From: Harriotta raleighana
Lineage: Eukaryota
NCBI GenBank assembly: GCA_050575255.1
Contig: JBNZDD010013611.1
Span: forward strand, 2,011,479 to 2,075,478
Reading direction: 5' to 3'
DNA: 64,000 nucleotides
Below the pieces are notes generated by a model. That model had not been told where the DNA came from and did no database searches. It saw only the letters and a list, made by a program, of their open reading frames with translations. The translations under genes and the position numbers were made by a program. Position 1 is the first letter of the stretch, and the number at the start of each line of letters is the position of its first letter. Below are positions 1-11,604 of this stretch, in pieces.

Positions 1-857
1 TTAACCCATCAATGCCACAGCTGAATTCTCTCCCCTGGGTCTAAACGCGTGCAAAATAACTATCTGGGAGGGAATTATAAGGCAGTAATTGAGCACCTGT
101 TGTTTTAATCACTGTATTAAAAGAAACAAAGCTTTAGTCCCTTAGATTGTGACACAATCAGCATCCCTCAATTCAATTACTGTATTGATAATAGGTTCAT
201 GGGTGTATATTGTTCTATATATAAAACGAGTGAGCAAAGCTCAGAATGCTAACATTGCATTTTAGCCATTAAGGCTAGCTCCACTCTTTCATAATAAGTG
301 CTATATACACTCCATTCCTGTAGAGTCCTGAAAACATGATTATATACTATCATTCAGCAGGATTATTCATCAGAACAAACAAAATGTATGTGATTACACT
401 CCATCTCCCACGTCAATTTGTCACATGTGCTGTATGTGAATGAGTAATGAATGGCTCAACATCAAAATAGCACGATAATTAGTGAACGCTAACAATGCCC
501 CAAAACTTTAACAAAAGTACACTAGATAATGTAGATAAATGGAAAGTTGAGGCAATAATTTAATCCTAAAGTATGGAAATATTTAGAAACAGCAGTGCAA
601 AGGCACTGATAATATTAATGTTAAAGTTTTTGATGATTCAATAGTTTGATGATGGAAAGTCAATTTAAAACAAAAATTTTTTCACTATGTATAAATCAAA
701 TATGTGACTTGTATTGGAAAGAAACGTTATTGAAGATCTAACCTACTTAGGTTATGTGTTTATGTTGTCGAGTTATTTAATATTAACACATAAGTAAAAG
801 CTTAGCTATTTTGGGTCAAGGAGAGGTCTGCTAGTTTTCCAAATATACCATCATTGG

Positions 858-965
858 ATGCTGTGTTTCGCCCACAAAACATACAGTCACTACACTTTAC
901 AGTATACTCTGTGAAGTGCTTTGAGACATCTATACGACTGTATCAAATGCAAGGATTATTATTAC
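858..965 (+). mobile_element. 3' fragment of the tRNA-Ala-headed SINE family (family A)
   Basis: tttcgcccacaaa..atacagtca..cactttacagtata..ctgtgaagtgctttgagac..atcaaatgcaaggattattatt matches the tail of the full copy at 35149-35480. Confidence 0.8.
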
Positions 966-1419
966 ATTAATATAATTATTATTCCCTCTCCTATGGTTTT
1001 ATGTTAGGTTTCTCTGTACATAGGCCACAATAACTCAGCAGGAAAACAACTGCAGTGTTTTCATACTCTGTTGGTGTGCTCTAAGATGCATAAGTAAAAT
1101 AGTGTTAATATTGTTACTATTAATCTTTGCTGTTCTCTTTGCTGATTTTACATTCAGTTTTTACAAGTTCACGTAAGACCGAAAGAGAGCTTCGCACAAA
1201 GAGGTTCTTCAGCCCATTTGATTTCATCCTTCAAGAATATCCAACATCTAAATAAGTATTGCTTGGTGGTTAAGGTCAATGAAGTTTGCAGTTTATCTCC
1301 AAAGCAATGGCTTTGAGGAAGTTCCAAAGTTTTACTGTACACAAGGAACTAATTTAAATAGTGTAATGAAATCTTCCAGATTCTCCCTCAAATCTGCTTA
1401 TCAACTAAAAAGGTTTCTT

Positions 1420-1670
1420 TGGGGTTTGGATTGTTGTGGATCAGGTGGATGTTCATGATCCCTTGGTGTTATTTGAGAAGAGAAGGGAATTTTCCTGGTG
1501 TCCTGGCTCACAACCCGGAGATAAAATTGGTCATTCTCTTTTTGGCTGTTTGTTGGAGATCGCATACAAATACACGGTTTTTACATTTCACCCTAAAAGC
1601 ATTATGAAACTCATGGAGATGTCTTTCAACGACATAAGGCGCTGTATCAAATACAAGGATTGTTTATTAT
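1420..1670 (+). mobile_element. Degenerate Deu-domain SINE (SacSINE1/AmnSINE1-like), 3' half
   Basis: tcaggtggatg..gatccc..ttatttgagaagagaagggaattttcctggtgtcctggc..ttggtcatt..gctgtttg and an L2-type tail; similar to copies at 8835 and 22335. Confidence 0.65.
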
Positions 1671-2285
1671 ATAATAAAGTTAAATTGGTAATTCACTTTG
1701 TGGCTATTTGTAAGACATGATACATTTGGCTGCTGTGCTCACCTACAGTGATTACGTTTACTAAAAACCCCACCAAAAGCTTTGAGATGGTTTGGCATGA
1801 TATGGCCCTATATCCAATGCAAGGATTATTTATAATCAAAATCAATGGAATAGAGAATGGAAGACAAATTGTTAATTGCAATTTTTTAGATCAGATTTTG
1901 TTTAAAACAAAACAGGATATTGATGAAAGACCCCCTTTTTAGGTGCGATCAACCTTATATGAGAGATACCGAGATGACATTATAAAATTGAAGAGAATTG
2001 TTATGCAACATAAACCAGTGTAACATTTTTGGCACATTCTGGTATCTTGTACAAAATGACTGCTTACAAGACTTTATCTGGATTATTTAAAAGGAATTCT
2101 TGGTATTTCCGTACACATCAGTAGCGCAATTCGGTGGCCTTGGCTTTACGTGTGTTTAAGTGTTAAATCATCTCAAATGTTTTCAGCGGACATCAAGATA
2201 CACATAGGAATTTCGACATTGATCCTCATCTGCCAACAACACGCTTGAAATTTCACAGATTTCTTCTTATTGCAGAACGTTTCTA

Positions 2286-2449
2286 GTGGAGTCCGGTAAC
2301 TCAGTGGTTAGAGCACTCGCCTCGCAAGCGAGAGACTTGGGTTTGATTCCCGGCAGGGTGAAACCGTGGGCAAATTTCCTTTTTCCACATGTCTCACAAT
2401 AATCCCTCAAGAAAAAAACAATAATTTGGTCACTCAATCCATGACTGTT
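2286..2449 (+). mobile_element. SINE family A 5' part (tRNA-Ala-like head), interrupted by a CR1 LINE; 3' part resumes at 4096-4238
   Basis: A-box-like taactcagtggttagagc, anticodon arm ctcgc-ctCGCaa-gcgag, B-box-like ggtttgattcc; body stops at gactgtt and resumes as tgttgatgggacactgctg after the CR1 tail. Confidence 0.85.
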
Positions 2450-4095
2450 CCAGGATTGATGCTCCAGGGCGAGTATCAAAAGCTGGGGAGCAAACTCAAG
2501 TCCAGAACATCCAAGGTGGTGATCTCTGGGCTACTCCCGGAACCTCGGGCAACGTGGCTNTCAACCCATTACAATGCAATACTTTTTGCATTCAATGTTG
2601 CAACTCTAACGTCAAAAGGTCCCAAAGTCCTCGATGGAGACTGTCAGGTAGAGTTGATGGGTATTTGATTCAATGTTCATCTTGTTAATATCTTCATATG
2701 AGGTGGGATCTTTACCTTGAGGATGGGCGGCACTTAAGCAAGGCAGGGGTGAGCTTCCTTGCCAAGAGATTATCAAATGCTGTAGGGATGGATTTAAACT
2801 AGTGTCGAGGGGGGATGGGTTTCCAAGGATAAACAATGGAGTAGAGACTAGAGGAAAAGGACAAGTGGGAAGCGTAGAACAGGAACAAGCAGACAATTTT
2901 CTTAAATGCATGTAGCTAAATGCACGTAGCTTAGGGAATAAGGTTGATGAGCTGCAGGTTCAACTGGCCATTGGGAGTTACCATGTGGTGGCAGTAACCG
3001 AGACATGGCTCAAGCCAGGACAGGAATGGGAGTTAAATATTCCAGGTTATAATCTGTTCAGGAAGGATAGAGAAGGAACAAAAGGAGGAGGGGTGGCAAT
3101 ATTAGTTAAGGATACAATTATAGCTGTAGAAAGNNNNNNNNNNNNNNNNNNNNNNNNNNNNNNNNNNNNNNNNNNNNNNNNNNNNNNNNNNNNNNNNNNN
3201 NNNNNNNNNNNNNNNNNNNNNNNNNNNNNNNNNNNNNNNNNNNNNNNNNNNNNNNNNNNNNNNNNNNNNNNNNNNNNNNNNNNNNNNNNNNNNNNNNNNN
3301 NNNNNNNNNNNNNNNNNNNNNNNNNNNNNNNNNNNNNNNNNNNNNNNNNNNNNNNNNNNNNNNNNNNNNNNNNNNNNNNNNNNNNNNNNNNNNNNNNNNN
3401 NNNNNNNNNNNNNNNNNNNNNNNNNNNNNNNNNNNNNNNNNNNNNNNNNNNNNNNNNNNNNNNNNNNNNNNNNNNNNNNNNNNNNNNNNNNNNNNNNNNN
3501 NNNNNNNNNNNNNNNNNNNNNNNNNNNNNNNNNNNNNNNNNNNNNNNNNNNNNNNNNNNNNNNNNNNNNNNNNNNNNNNNNNNNNNNNNNNNNNNNNNNN
3601 NNNNNNNNNNNNNNNNNNNNNNNNNNNNNNNNNNNNNNNNNNNNNNNNNNNNNNNNNNNNNNNNNNNNNNNNNNNNNNNNNNNNNNNNNNNNNNNNNNNN
3701 NNNNNNNNNNNNNNNNNNNNNNNNNNNNNNNNNNNNNNNNNNNNNNNNNNNNNNNNNNNNNNNNNNNNNNNNNNNNNNNNNNNNNNNNNNNNNNNNNNNN
3801 NNNNNNNNNNNNNNNNNNNNNNNNNNNNNNNNNNNNNNNNNNNNNNNNNNNNNNNNNAGAGAGTTGTTCGAATTTGGAATGATCTGCCTGAAAGGGTAGT
3901 GAGGTCCGATTCGATAGCAGCTTTTAAGAGAGAACTGGATAGGTATCTGGGGAAGACGGGTTTGCAGGGTTATGGGGAGAAAGCTGATGATTGGGGTTAA
4001 TAAAAGTGACATTGCTCTGTCAGAGAGTCAGCACAGACTCGATGGGCCAAATGGCCTCCTTCTGTGCCGGAACATTCTATGATTCTATGATTCTG
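2450..4095 (+). mobile_element. CR1-clade LINE, 5'-truncated and defective: ORF1 SGNH esterase end, ORF2 APE endonuclease start, gap, ORF2 end and 3' tail
   Basis: ORF1 pieces GEYQKLGSKLKSRTSKVVISGLLPEPRATW (~2468-2558) and WDLYLEDGRHLSKAG..DLN* (~2704-2802); ORF2 FLKCM*LNARSLGNKVDEL..VAVTETWL..PGYNLFRKDREGTKGGGVAILVK with an in-frame TAG; tail gatgggccaaatggcctccttctgtg..(attctatg)n. Confidence 0.9.
3134..3857. other. Assembly gap (run of N) inside the CR1 element
   Basis: Continuous N run. Confidence 1.
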
Positions 4096-4238
4096 TGTTG
4101 ATGGGACACTGCTGAGCGCAATTGGCTGCTGTGTTTTTCCAACAAATATACAGTCAATTCACGTTGCTGTATATTCTGTGAAGCGCTTTGAGACGTCTCG
4201 AAGACATGAAGAAGAGTTATATCAATGCAAGGATTATT
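4096..4238 (+). mobile_element. SINE family A 3' part (continuation of 2286-2449)
   Basis: gggacactgctgagcgcaattggctg..atacagtcaattcac..gtgaagcgctttgagacgtctcgaagac..aatgcaaggattatt. Confidence 0.85.
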
Positions 4239-5025
4239 TTAGTTTATTTATAGTGAATCCAACCAAACCAATCTATCCATTTTATGCAAAAATACAACCC
4301 ATAATAAACCCCAATGGAAGTGCTGTAAAAAGGGCAAACAACAGCTATAATTATGCTGTACCAGTATTGTTGAATTTTAGATTATTCCCGTTCAACTGCA
4401 ACACATTGCTATGCTGTTGCAAAACCCATGTGAGACATATAAAGTAAAATCTGCTGATTTTGTAACCTACAAGGAGGTTCATTCAAGCTCATTACCTTTA
4501 CATTTCAGGAAGGCGATTTATTATTCTTTCAATTAAATACTTATCTTATAAAGACATCTCTGGAACAGATGGCATGTAATCCATAAACGTCATTTTCTAG
4601 TGCAACGTTAGGATTTTTCTTGAACTCCCTTCTAACATCTTCTCATCTGCTATAGTATTTCTTATTCGGGAGGACGTATTTGTTCTGGGTTTCTGCCAAT
4701 GCTGTGCTGTAAATTTACTAAGGACATATGGAAGAACATTCTCATTTTCCTTCTCTTTCTGTGAAGCAATATCATCTATCCTCTTGGCAAATAGTTCTCT
4801 TCTCTTTTCCATTCCCAATCACTTCCAACCAAGATTATGTATTTCCTGCTTGGGGATGAAATTTATCGTGTAATCTGTCTCGTACAGGTAAAGAAATACC
4901 CTATGAAACGACATTTAAGTCAAGCTCATTAATAACTGATATTGGTTGATCAGGGTAGACAGGCAGGCTCAATATGCATTTTGTTTTACGGGAAATTTCT
5001 TAACTGAGTAAACGATTGAAAAGTC

Positions 5026-5205
5026 CAACAAACGTCAAAAGGCCAATCATCAACGAACAGCAAACACAAACTGCTCCTCGATGCCCTTTAGAAATCACAA
5101 TGTCTTGTAGCTANCAACAAACGTCAAAAGGCCAATCATCAACGAACAGCAAACACAAACTGCTTGCTCCTCGATGCCCTTTAGAAATCACAATGTCTTG
5201 TAGCT
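5026..5205. repeat. ~90 bp tandem duplication across a single N (5114), probable assembly artefact
   Basis: 5026-5112 repeated at 5115-5205 with small indels. Confidence 0.85.
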
Positions 5206-5314
5206 GTGGAACAATAGTGATTTAAACAACCCAGAGAGCCAATTAATCAACTCTTGGTGTATTTGGATGAAAGAGGAAAATTTGCCAGGACATCAGGGAA
5301 AAACAAGCTCTTTT

Positions 5315-5385
5315 CAAAGAGCCGGCACAGACACAACGGGCAGAATGGCCTCCTTCTGGTCTGTATAATTCCATGATTCTACGAT
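5315..5385 (+). mobile_element. Short CR1 3' tail fragment
   Basis: agagccggcacagacacaacgggcagaatggcctccttctg..attccatgattcta. Confidence 0.65.
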
Positions 5386-5511
5386 TTAGAAATAGTGCTA
5401 CAGGCTCTTTGATTGCCAGGAATCATCAGAACATCACACCCATCGAATGCTACAGTTCGTAAAGGAATTGTATTGTGACATCTCCACATACATTTGACAG
5501 ATACACCTCTC

Positions 5512-5732
5512 ATCCCACCCGCCTAATAATAATCCCTCTAAAAATACCACAATAATAAAAATTGGTCATTTCGATCCACGACTGTTTGTGGGATGCTGCT
5601 GTGTGCAATTGGCTGCCATGTTTTGCCCACTAATATACAGTCAATTCACTTTACCAGTATATTCTGCGAAGCGATTTGAGACGTCTTGGAGACGTGAAAA
5701 GCACTGTTTCAAATTCAAGTATTATTATTATT
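5512..5732 (+). mobile_element. SINE family A, headless copy
   Basis: cgcctaataataatccctc..aataataaaattggtcatttcgatccacgactgtttgtggga..gagacgtcttggagacgtgaaaagc..attattattatt. Confidence 0.85.
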
Positions 5733-5902
5733 TAACTTGATATCCTGTGAAGCAGCACTTAAATACCACCTCCAGCATTGAAAAACAAAACAGGTACGGT
5801 ATTCAGGTAGGCAAGATGGAATTTTAAGCAATTAATGAACAATTCTTCTATTCAACTTTTGAACAATTCTTAAATTTAGTCTTAATTTTACAGCCCGCTT
5901 TC

Positions 5903-6788
5903 GTAGAATCACAGAAGTAGACAGCACAGAAGGAAGCCATTCGGCCCATCATGTCTGGGTCGGCTCTTTGAAAAGATCTCTTTGATAAGGCACTGGAAAG
6001 GGTGCAGAGGCGATTCACGAGAATGATTCCAGGAATGGGGAACCTTAGCTATGAGGACAGGCTGGAGAAGTTAGGACTTTTCCCATTAGAGCAGAGAAGG
6101 TTATGCGGGGATTTGATAGAGGTCTTCAAGATCATGAAACGTTTCGACAGGCTGGATAGGGAAAAGCTGTTTCCGCTGGTAGGTGTGTCTGTGACCTGTG
6201 GTCACAGTCTTAAGATATCTACCAAAAGAAGCAGAGGGGAGATTAGAAGAAATTTTTTCACTCAGCGAGTTTTTCGAATTTGGAATGATCTGCCTGAAAG
6301 GGTAGTGAGGTCCGATTGGATAGCAGCTTTTAAGAGAGAACTGGATAGGTATCTGGGGAAGATGGGTTTGCAGGGTTATGGGGAGAAAGCTGGTGATTGG
6401 GGTTAGTAAAAGTGACATTGCTCTGTCAGAGAGTCAGCACAGACTCGATGGGCCGAATGGCCTCCTTCTGTGCCGGAATATTCTATGTTTCTATAATACT
6501 ATGAACGGTTCAAATCAATCCCACTCCCGTGTGCTCTCCCCTGCAAATTTGTCCTCTCCAAATAATTATCTGCTTCTCTCTTAGAAGTTGTTATCAAATC
6601 GACTTCCACCGTCCTTTCAGGCAATGCATTCCAGATCCAAACATCTCACTGTGTGAAAAAATTTCTCCTCACTTCTGTTGCTTTTAACAACTATTTTAAA
6701 TCGGTGTCCTCAGGTTACCAACCCACCTGCCAGTGGAAATAGTTCCTCCTTGTTCACCCTATCGTATCCTCTCATAATTTTGGAAGCT
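5903..6788 (-). mobile_element. Older CR1 3' fragment on the minus strand, split by a younger CR1 insertion (5985-6500)
   Basis: Reverse-complement CR1 tail tagaatcacagaa..cacagaaggaagccattcggcccatc at ~5903-5975; continues at ~6510-6788 as antisense ORF2 end (gcattccagatcc..ctcactgtgtgaaaaaatttctcc). Confidence 0.75.
5985..6500 (+). mobile_element. Young CR1 LINE 3' fragment (ORF2 C-terminus plus 3' UTR)
   Basis: ALERVQRRFTRMIPGMGNLSYEDRLEKLGLFPLEQRRLCGDLIEVFKIM..RNFFTQRVFRIWNDLPERVV..FKRELDRYL; 3' part nearly identical to 3858-4095. Confidence 0.95.
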
Positions 6789-7364
6789 TTCTGGAGCTCT
6801 TGACAGAATCTAGGAAAAGATGGAATTTAAGGGGGAATTTCTGCCCCCAGATTGTGTAGAATATTTTTACTTCAGCTCATTCTGCAAAGCCCTAGGAATT
6901 ATATTCAGAGAAATTAAGGTTATTCAGCTCTTCAAGGAGGTTGTGCAACTCTAGATGTTTATTCAAATCATGGAATTACAGTCATCTTTCATCAGGTAAA
7001 ATTGCTGACTGTAGCATTGGTCGCATTTGGCCCTGTACACTTACGTTCATTTACTGGGAAAATCAGACAATGTTTGGCACAGAACAACAAACTAAATCTT
7101 AGCACACTTTTATTGATGTAACCCATTCTTTAACCCCCCTCCCCATTGCTTTGATAGCCACAGAACAGTCATCAACCATCTTTAAAGATCTTTAAAGTTG
7201 TACACAATGTTTGACACATCCTTTGATCTATTGAATTTTGACATGTACAGTACTTGTTTAAACAGAGTTCATGTCTCTCTTGTTAAATGATTTGACTTTG
7301 ATCAAGTCAGTCAAAAGCAACAGCTCTCCTCATGCACAGGCTTCTACTCTGTTCCTCAAACTTA

Positions 7365-7556
7365 TCCGTAGTTCGGGGATTGTGCAAGTGCCTTGAGCAA
7401 AATTTAACAGGTGACGCTGTGAATGTATTTAATTGGCATTTGTTGGGCCAAAACTTTATATAATNTCCGTAGTTCGGGGATTGTGCAAGTGCCTTGAGCA
7501 AAATTTAACAGGTGATGCTGTGAATGTATTTAATTGGCATTTGTTGGGCCAAAACT
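7365..7556. repeat. ~91 bp tandem duplication across a single N (7465), probable artefact
   Basis: 7365-7455 repeated at 7466-7556 with one C/T difference (gacg/gatg). Confidence 0.85.
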
Positions 7557-8094
7557 CAGATGAGAACAGTAAAGGATTCCCTTGCAGTACAGCTGATGGC
7601 TGGAGTGGATTTTTGTGTGCTATGTTCTACGATCTTCATAATCAGCCCAAACATACAATAACAAATCATGACACTGTTCATAGAATCTATCAGCACAAAA
7701 GCTGGACAATAAAACCATCAGAGCTGCTCTCTGTTTTTCCCCGCACAAGCCATTTCATCTAATCTCATTTAATCTAAAATCTAATCAAATCAAATTTAAC
7801 TCCATTGCACTCTCCCACTCACTCTTTAATATTTACTGTTTGTTTTTCGAGCACCTGCTGTATCTAATTCCTTTTTAAAAGGCTGGATTTCGAAGATAGC
7901 GAAGGAAATTCTTCTCCGCTGGCAAAAGATTAAGGTGCTGACTATAAAGGAAATCAGAAACAGGTGCAGTTCATTTTTGAGTTCAAACTGATGTCTGAAG
8001 TGTTATGAAACTTGACAAAGCAGCGTACCTCTATGCTGCACTTACAAAACTGTAATTTTGTTGTTGTTGTGGTGAAGATTCTCCAGAATTATCC

Positions 8095-8540
8095 TATGGT
8101 TTAAAGGATTAAATCAATAAGGACAGGTTGCATAAACCCGGGTCTCTATTTTCCTGAGTTAAAAAGGTTGATGGGCGATCTTTTTGAGGTTAAAATAACA
8201 AAGGGATTCAATAGGATAGATACAGTGAGACAATTTCCTCTGATGGAGGAATCCAGAATAGGGAGACATAATCTTAAAATTAGACCTAGGCCATTCAGGA
8301 GTGAAATTAGGAGGCAGTTTTTCACCCAAAGGGTGGGGCAAATCTGTAACTCTCTCCCCCAAAAGGCTGTTCCATTCACATTTTCAAGACTGAGGTGGAT
8401 AGATATTTCTTAGGTCTGGATATTAAGGGATATTGGGCACGGGCGGATATTTAGAGTTGAGGTACAGATCTGCTATGATCCTGTAGAATAGCAGTACAGG
8501 CGTGAGAACTGAATGGCCTTCTCCTGTTTCTATGTTCTAA
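8095..8540 (+). mobile_element. Degenerate CR1 3' fragment
   Basis: GDLFEVKITKGFNRID..FPL..RHNLKIRPRPFRSEIRRQFFTQRVGQICNSLPQKAV and tail gaatggccttctcctgtttctatgttcta. Confidence 0.85.
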
Positions 8541-8731
8541 GATACGATCAGATACTATATCTAACGCAAGGATTATTATTAGTATTATCAATTACCAGTG
8601 CTGCCACAGCCGGGCTCCGCTGCCCAAAGTTCCCAGATGTGGGTGATGTTTACTTTGAACCTTGGGCTCAACACTTAATTTTGCTTCACTGACAGCACCT
8701 TACAAAACACTCACTGCATGTGCTGAGAGGT

Positions 8732-8792
8732 CAGAGAAGGAGAGAGAAAGTAAGAGAGAGAGAGAGAGAGAGAGAGAAAAATGCATGGAGAG
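8732..8792. repeat. (GA)n microsatellite
   Basis: agagagagagagagagagagag run. Confidence 0.9.
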
Positions 8793-8834
8793 AAGGAAAG
8801 AAAGTCAGAGGCCACACAACTGGACTAATCTAAG

Positions 8835-9056
8835 ATGACACTCCACTGCAGTGCTGGGGGAGTGCTGTATTGTTGGAGGCATCATCCTTTAAACAAGGCG
8901 TTGAACTGAGATCCTAGCTGCCTACTCAGGTGAACACTAAAAATCTCATGCATCGTTTGAAAAGAGAAGAAGGTTTCTCCCAGTGTTCTGGCCAACAATC
9001 CTCCAGATAAAATTAGTCAATCACATCATGCATGTTGGTGGAACATTGCTGTGCAC
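8835..9056 (+). mobile_element. Deu-domain SINE (SacSINE1/AmnSINE1-like)
   Basis: ctccactgcagtgctgggggagtgctgtattgttggaggc..ttgaactgag..gcctactcaggtgaac..gaaaagagaagaaggtttctcccagtgttctggccaac. Confidence 0.75.
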
Positions 9057-9159
9057 TTTTGCCTACGCACACAGCACAAGCAGATGTACACACTATACCT
9101 AAAATCGTTTGAGTTTGTTGGCTTCAACTCTCACTATCTGCAGACTAAAGAAAAACATG

Positions 9160-9355
9160 CATTGTTATCACACTGGAAAGTCTCAAAGCACTTCACAGGT
9201 AATTACTGTCAAGACGTTTTGTTGGCAAACATAGGAGCCATCTATGTTATTAGGTTCCCACAAATAGCCAGGAGGTGAATGACCAATTCATCCAAAGTCG
9301 TATTGGCCAGGGCACTGGGATAAACTCTGTTCTCTTCTCGAGAACTGTCATGGTA
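9160..9355 (-). mobile_element. Deu-domain SINE 3' half, degenerate
   Basis: ctcaaagcacttcacag..ttcccacaaatagc..aatgaccaa..tattggccagggcactggga..ttctcttctcga is antisense to the Deu body and tail. Confidence 0.6.
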
Positions 9356-10499
9356 TTATCCAGCATAATGAGACACTAAAAGGGCAATGATGGCTGGTTC
9401 ATTCTGACCGCAAATGACTGGCACTCCTAGTGTTTCATGAGCATTGAAACTAAATTGAAAAGCAAACATTTTGACAGCATTTTCTTAGGACTATTCCCGA
9501 ATTTTTTAGTTGTGAATGCCAGCTCATTTTCAAAACGTGAAATTTTGTAGAAGACGTGACTAGTTATATCAAACACAAGGATTATTATTGTAATCTTACC
9601 CACCTATCGATTTGTTAAAACATGGATAGGTTAAACATCCCATTATATTAAAATGCAGCCACCAGGATGTGATTAGTTCTGTTTATCATCTCAATACAAA
9701 GAATTTCAGCAGCAAAGGGGAACTGTAAAGATCAGACACTTGTTTTTAATATGGTAAATAACTCAACAAATGAAACTAAAAAAAGAGCATTATTAATGTT
9801 TTATTTATGACCGCCAGCTTTCTTGTTTGGAGCCTTTTGATTACCAAAACACCTTTGTGTACCAAAACACATTGTGCTTTATTGTAATGCAATATAATCT
9901 GAGGGCAATCTTCTTATTCAGGTGGTCATAAACTGAAAGGAAGTTTCACCCATATCTTAGTTATGAAATAAAGTTGGTTCACTTTTTAATTAGTTTGTGA
10001 TAATACATTTACTGTAACTTGTTGCATAAAATGATGCCAGACTACACATGATGCTCAAATTAAATGAATCTTAATTTGTGCTATAAAGTATCACCCCCAA
10101 ACAAAATGGTAAAGGTTCCTAATTAACAATCTTACCGACTGATCTATCCTCACCAACATTCTGTATGAATTGTGTCTGTTTATTTAACAATGTTATTGAA
10201 CATTAACAAGAAAAATGTTTGCTGGTGGCAAAACATAAGTGATATTGAAGCATGAAATTCAGCGTTTTTTCCTGAATTTACCCCCATATTTGTAAATGGT
10301 TGTTTTCAAAAACAGTGAAAAAGACGAGTAATTAGGCCACAGAACTCTATATTTTTGCTGCCCTGTAAAATGACACAAATTCTTAATTAGTTGACATATT
10401 TCAAAACAACAACAACATGTTATTAAACAACAGCTCCAAATGTGAGTTGACCACATGTGTAGAGAATGTCATTTAAGATAAGGAAAAGATATCGCATAC

Positions 10500-10745
10500 A
10501 ATACAATATTACATTTGTATTGCGCCTTTTACGTCAGGGGCTGCTCGACAGTCAGGGACTTGGACCCGAGCTGGGGGTTGTGATTGGGAAGGGTGGAGGG
10601 CATGGGAGGGTGGCTGAAGGCGTGGTCGAAGAGGAGGGTTTTGAGACGCATCTGGAAGGAGGGAGTGAGTCAAAGGAAATGTGGGATGGAGTTCCAAAAG
10701 ATAGGTGTGTAGAGGCTGAAGGCCCGACTGTCGATGGTGGCAATA
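10500..10745 (-). mobile_element. L2-clade LINE 3' fragment
   Basis: Antisense of PSTVGPSASTHLSFGTPSH..SKPSSSTTPS; tail attacatttgtattgcgccttttacgtc. Confidence 0.7.
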
Positions 10746-11256
10746 TGAAAGAGCAGATAAGAATTTTGAAAATGTGAAAATTCTTAATTAGTTGACATAT
10801 TTCAAAACAACAACAACTTCCTTTTACGTAAAAAAGCATCAAAAGCGCTTAGCAAATCTGCTGTGGCCCCAAATCAGATCCAAGTTCCCTTCTCCGAGCA
10901 AACCAATTAGTTAATTACTGGCAAAAGCAGCATATAAAATGTTTGTGTATGGCAGAATTTCAATATGAATCTGCTGCTCATTAAAGAAATAAAAACAAGC
11001 ATTCCATACAAGCAATTTTATGTATTAACAATTTGCAATAATTTCTAACTGATACACATATCTTCCTGATGATTTCCTACATACTATGAATTTAATCAAA
11101 AAATACTGATTAATTATGCTAGTCAAGTCTTAAATCCAGGTCCATAACATATTTTGTAAAAGGTTGAAACTCATCACTGAAGTCACATTTCCAATACTGG
11201 CTGTAAAATGGGCTGATGTATTGATGATAATTATTGCATTGTCAAAACGTGTGATC

Positions 11257-11358
11257 CAACAACAACAACAACTTCGACTTATAAAGCGCCCTCCATGCCG
11301 TATGGCGCCTCAGAGCGCTTCACAATAACTGATCCCACGACCAAGCCAGGGGCAGGCG
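11257..11358 (-). mobile_element. L2 3' tail with (GTT)n end (L2 family B)
   Basis: caacaacaacaacaacttcgacttataaagcgccctccatgccgtatggcgcctcagagcgcttcac, antisense to 26228-26292. Confidence 0.8.
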
Positions 11359-11604
11359 TTTTATAAAGGTAATTTTGTTGAGGTTGATGGATTGACTGGT
11401 TTGGGAATCAACACCCTTTTCATCTGTGATTTCAGTAGAGTGAGGTGGCCAGAGCATCTGAAGATGTCCTCTGTAGGTCACCGTTTTTATTGGTAACCAA
11501 ACACGATAAGTTTGCAGTTCCTTTCACTAGTATTCTTTGCTGAAGAGTTAACAAGATTTAGCACATCACATCATTTTTTTTCCTGAAACATGTAGTGACA
11601 GTAT

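Noticed and set aside
2985-4012. The longest ORFs in the track (304 and 321 aa)
   Set aside because: They are open only because they run through N; the real part is CR1 endonuclease with an upstream in-frame stop
4597-4818. Charged 73 aa minus-strand ORF (MEKRRELFAKRIDD..)
   Set aside because: Explained by a purine-rich strand; stops occur in all frames between the nearest plausible splice sites; no recognised homology
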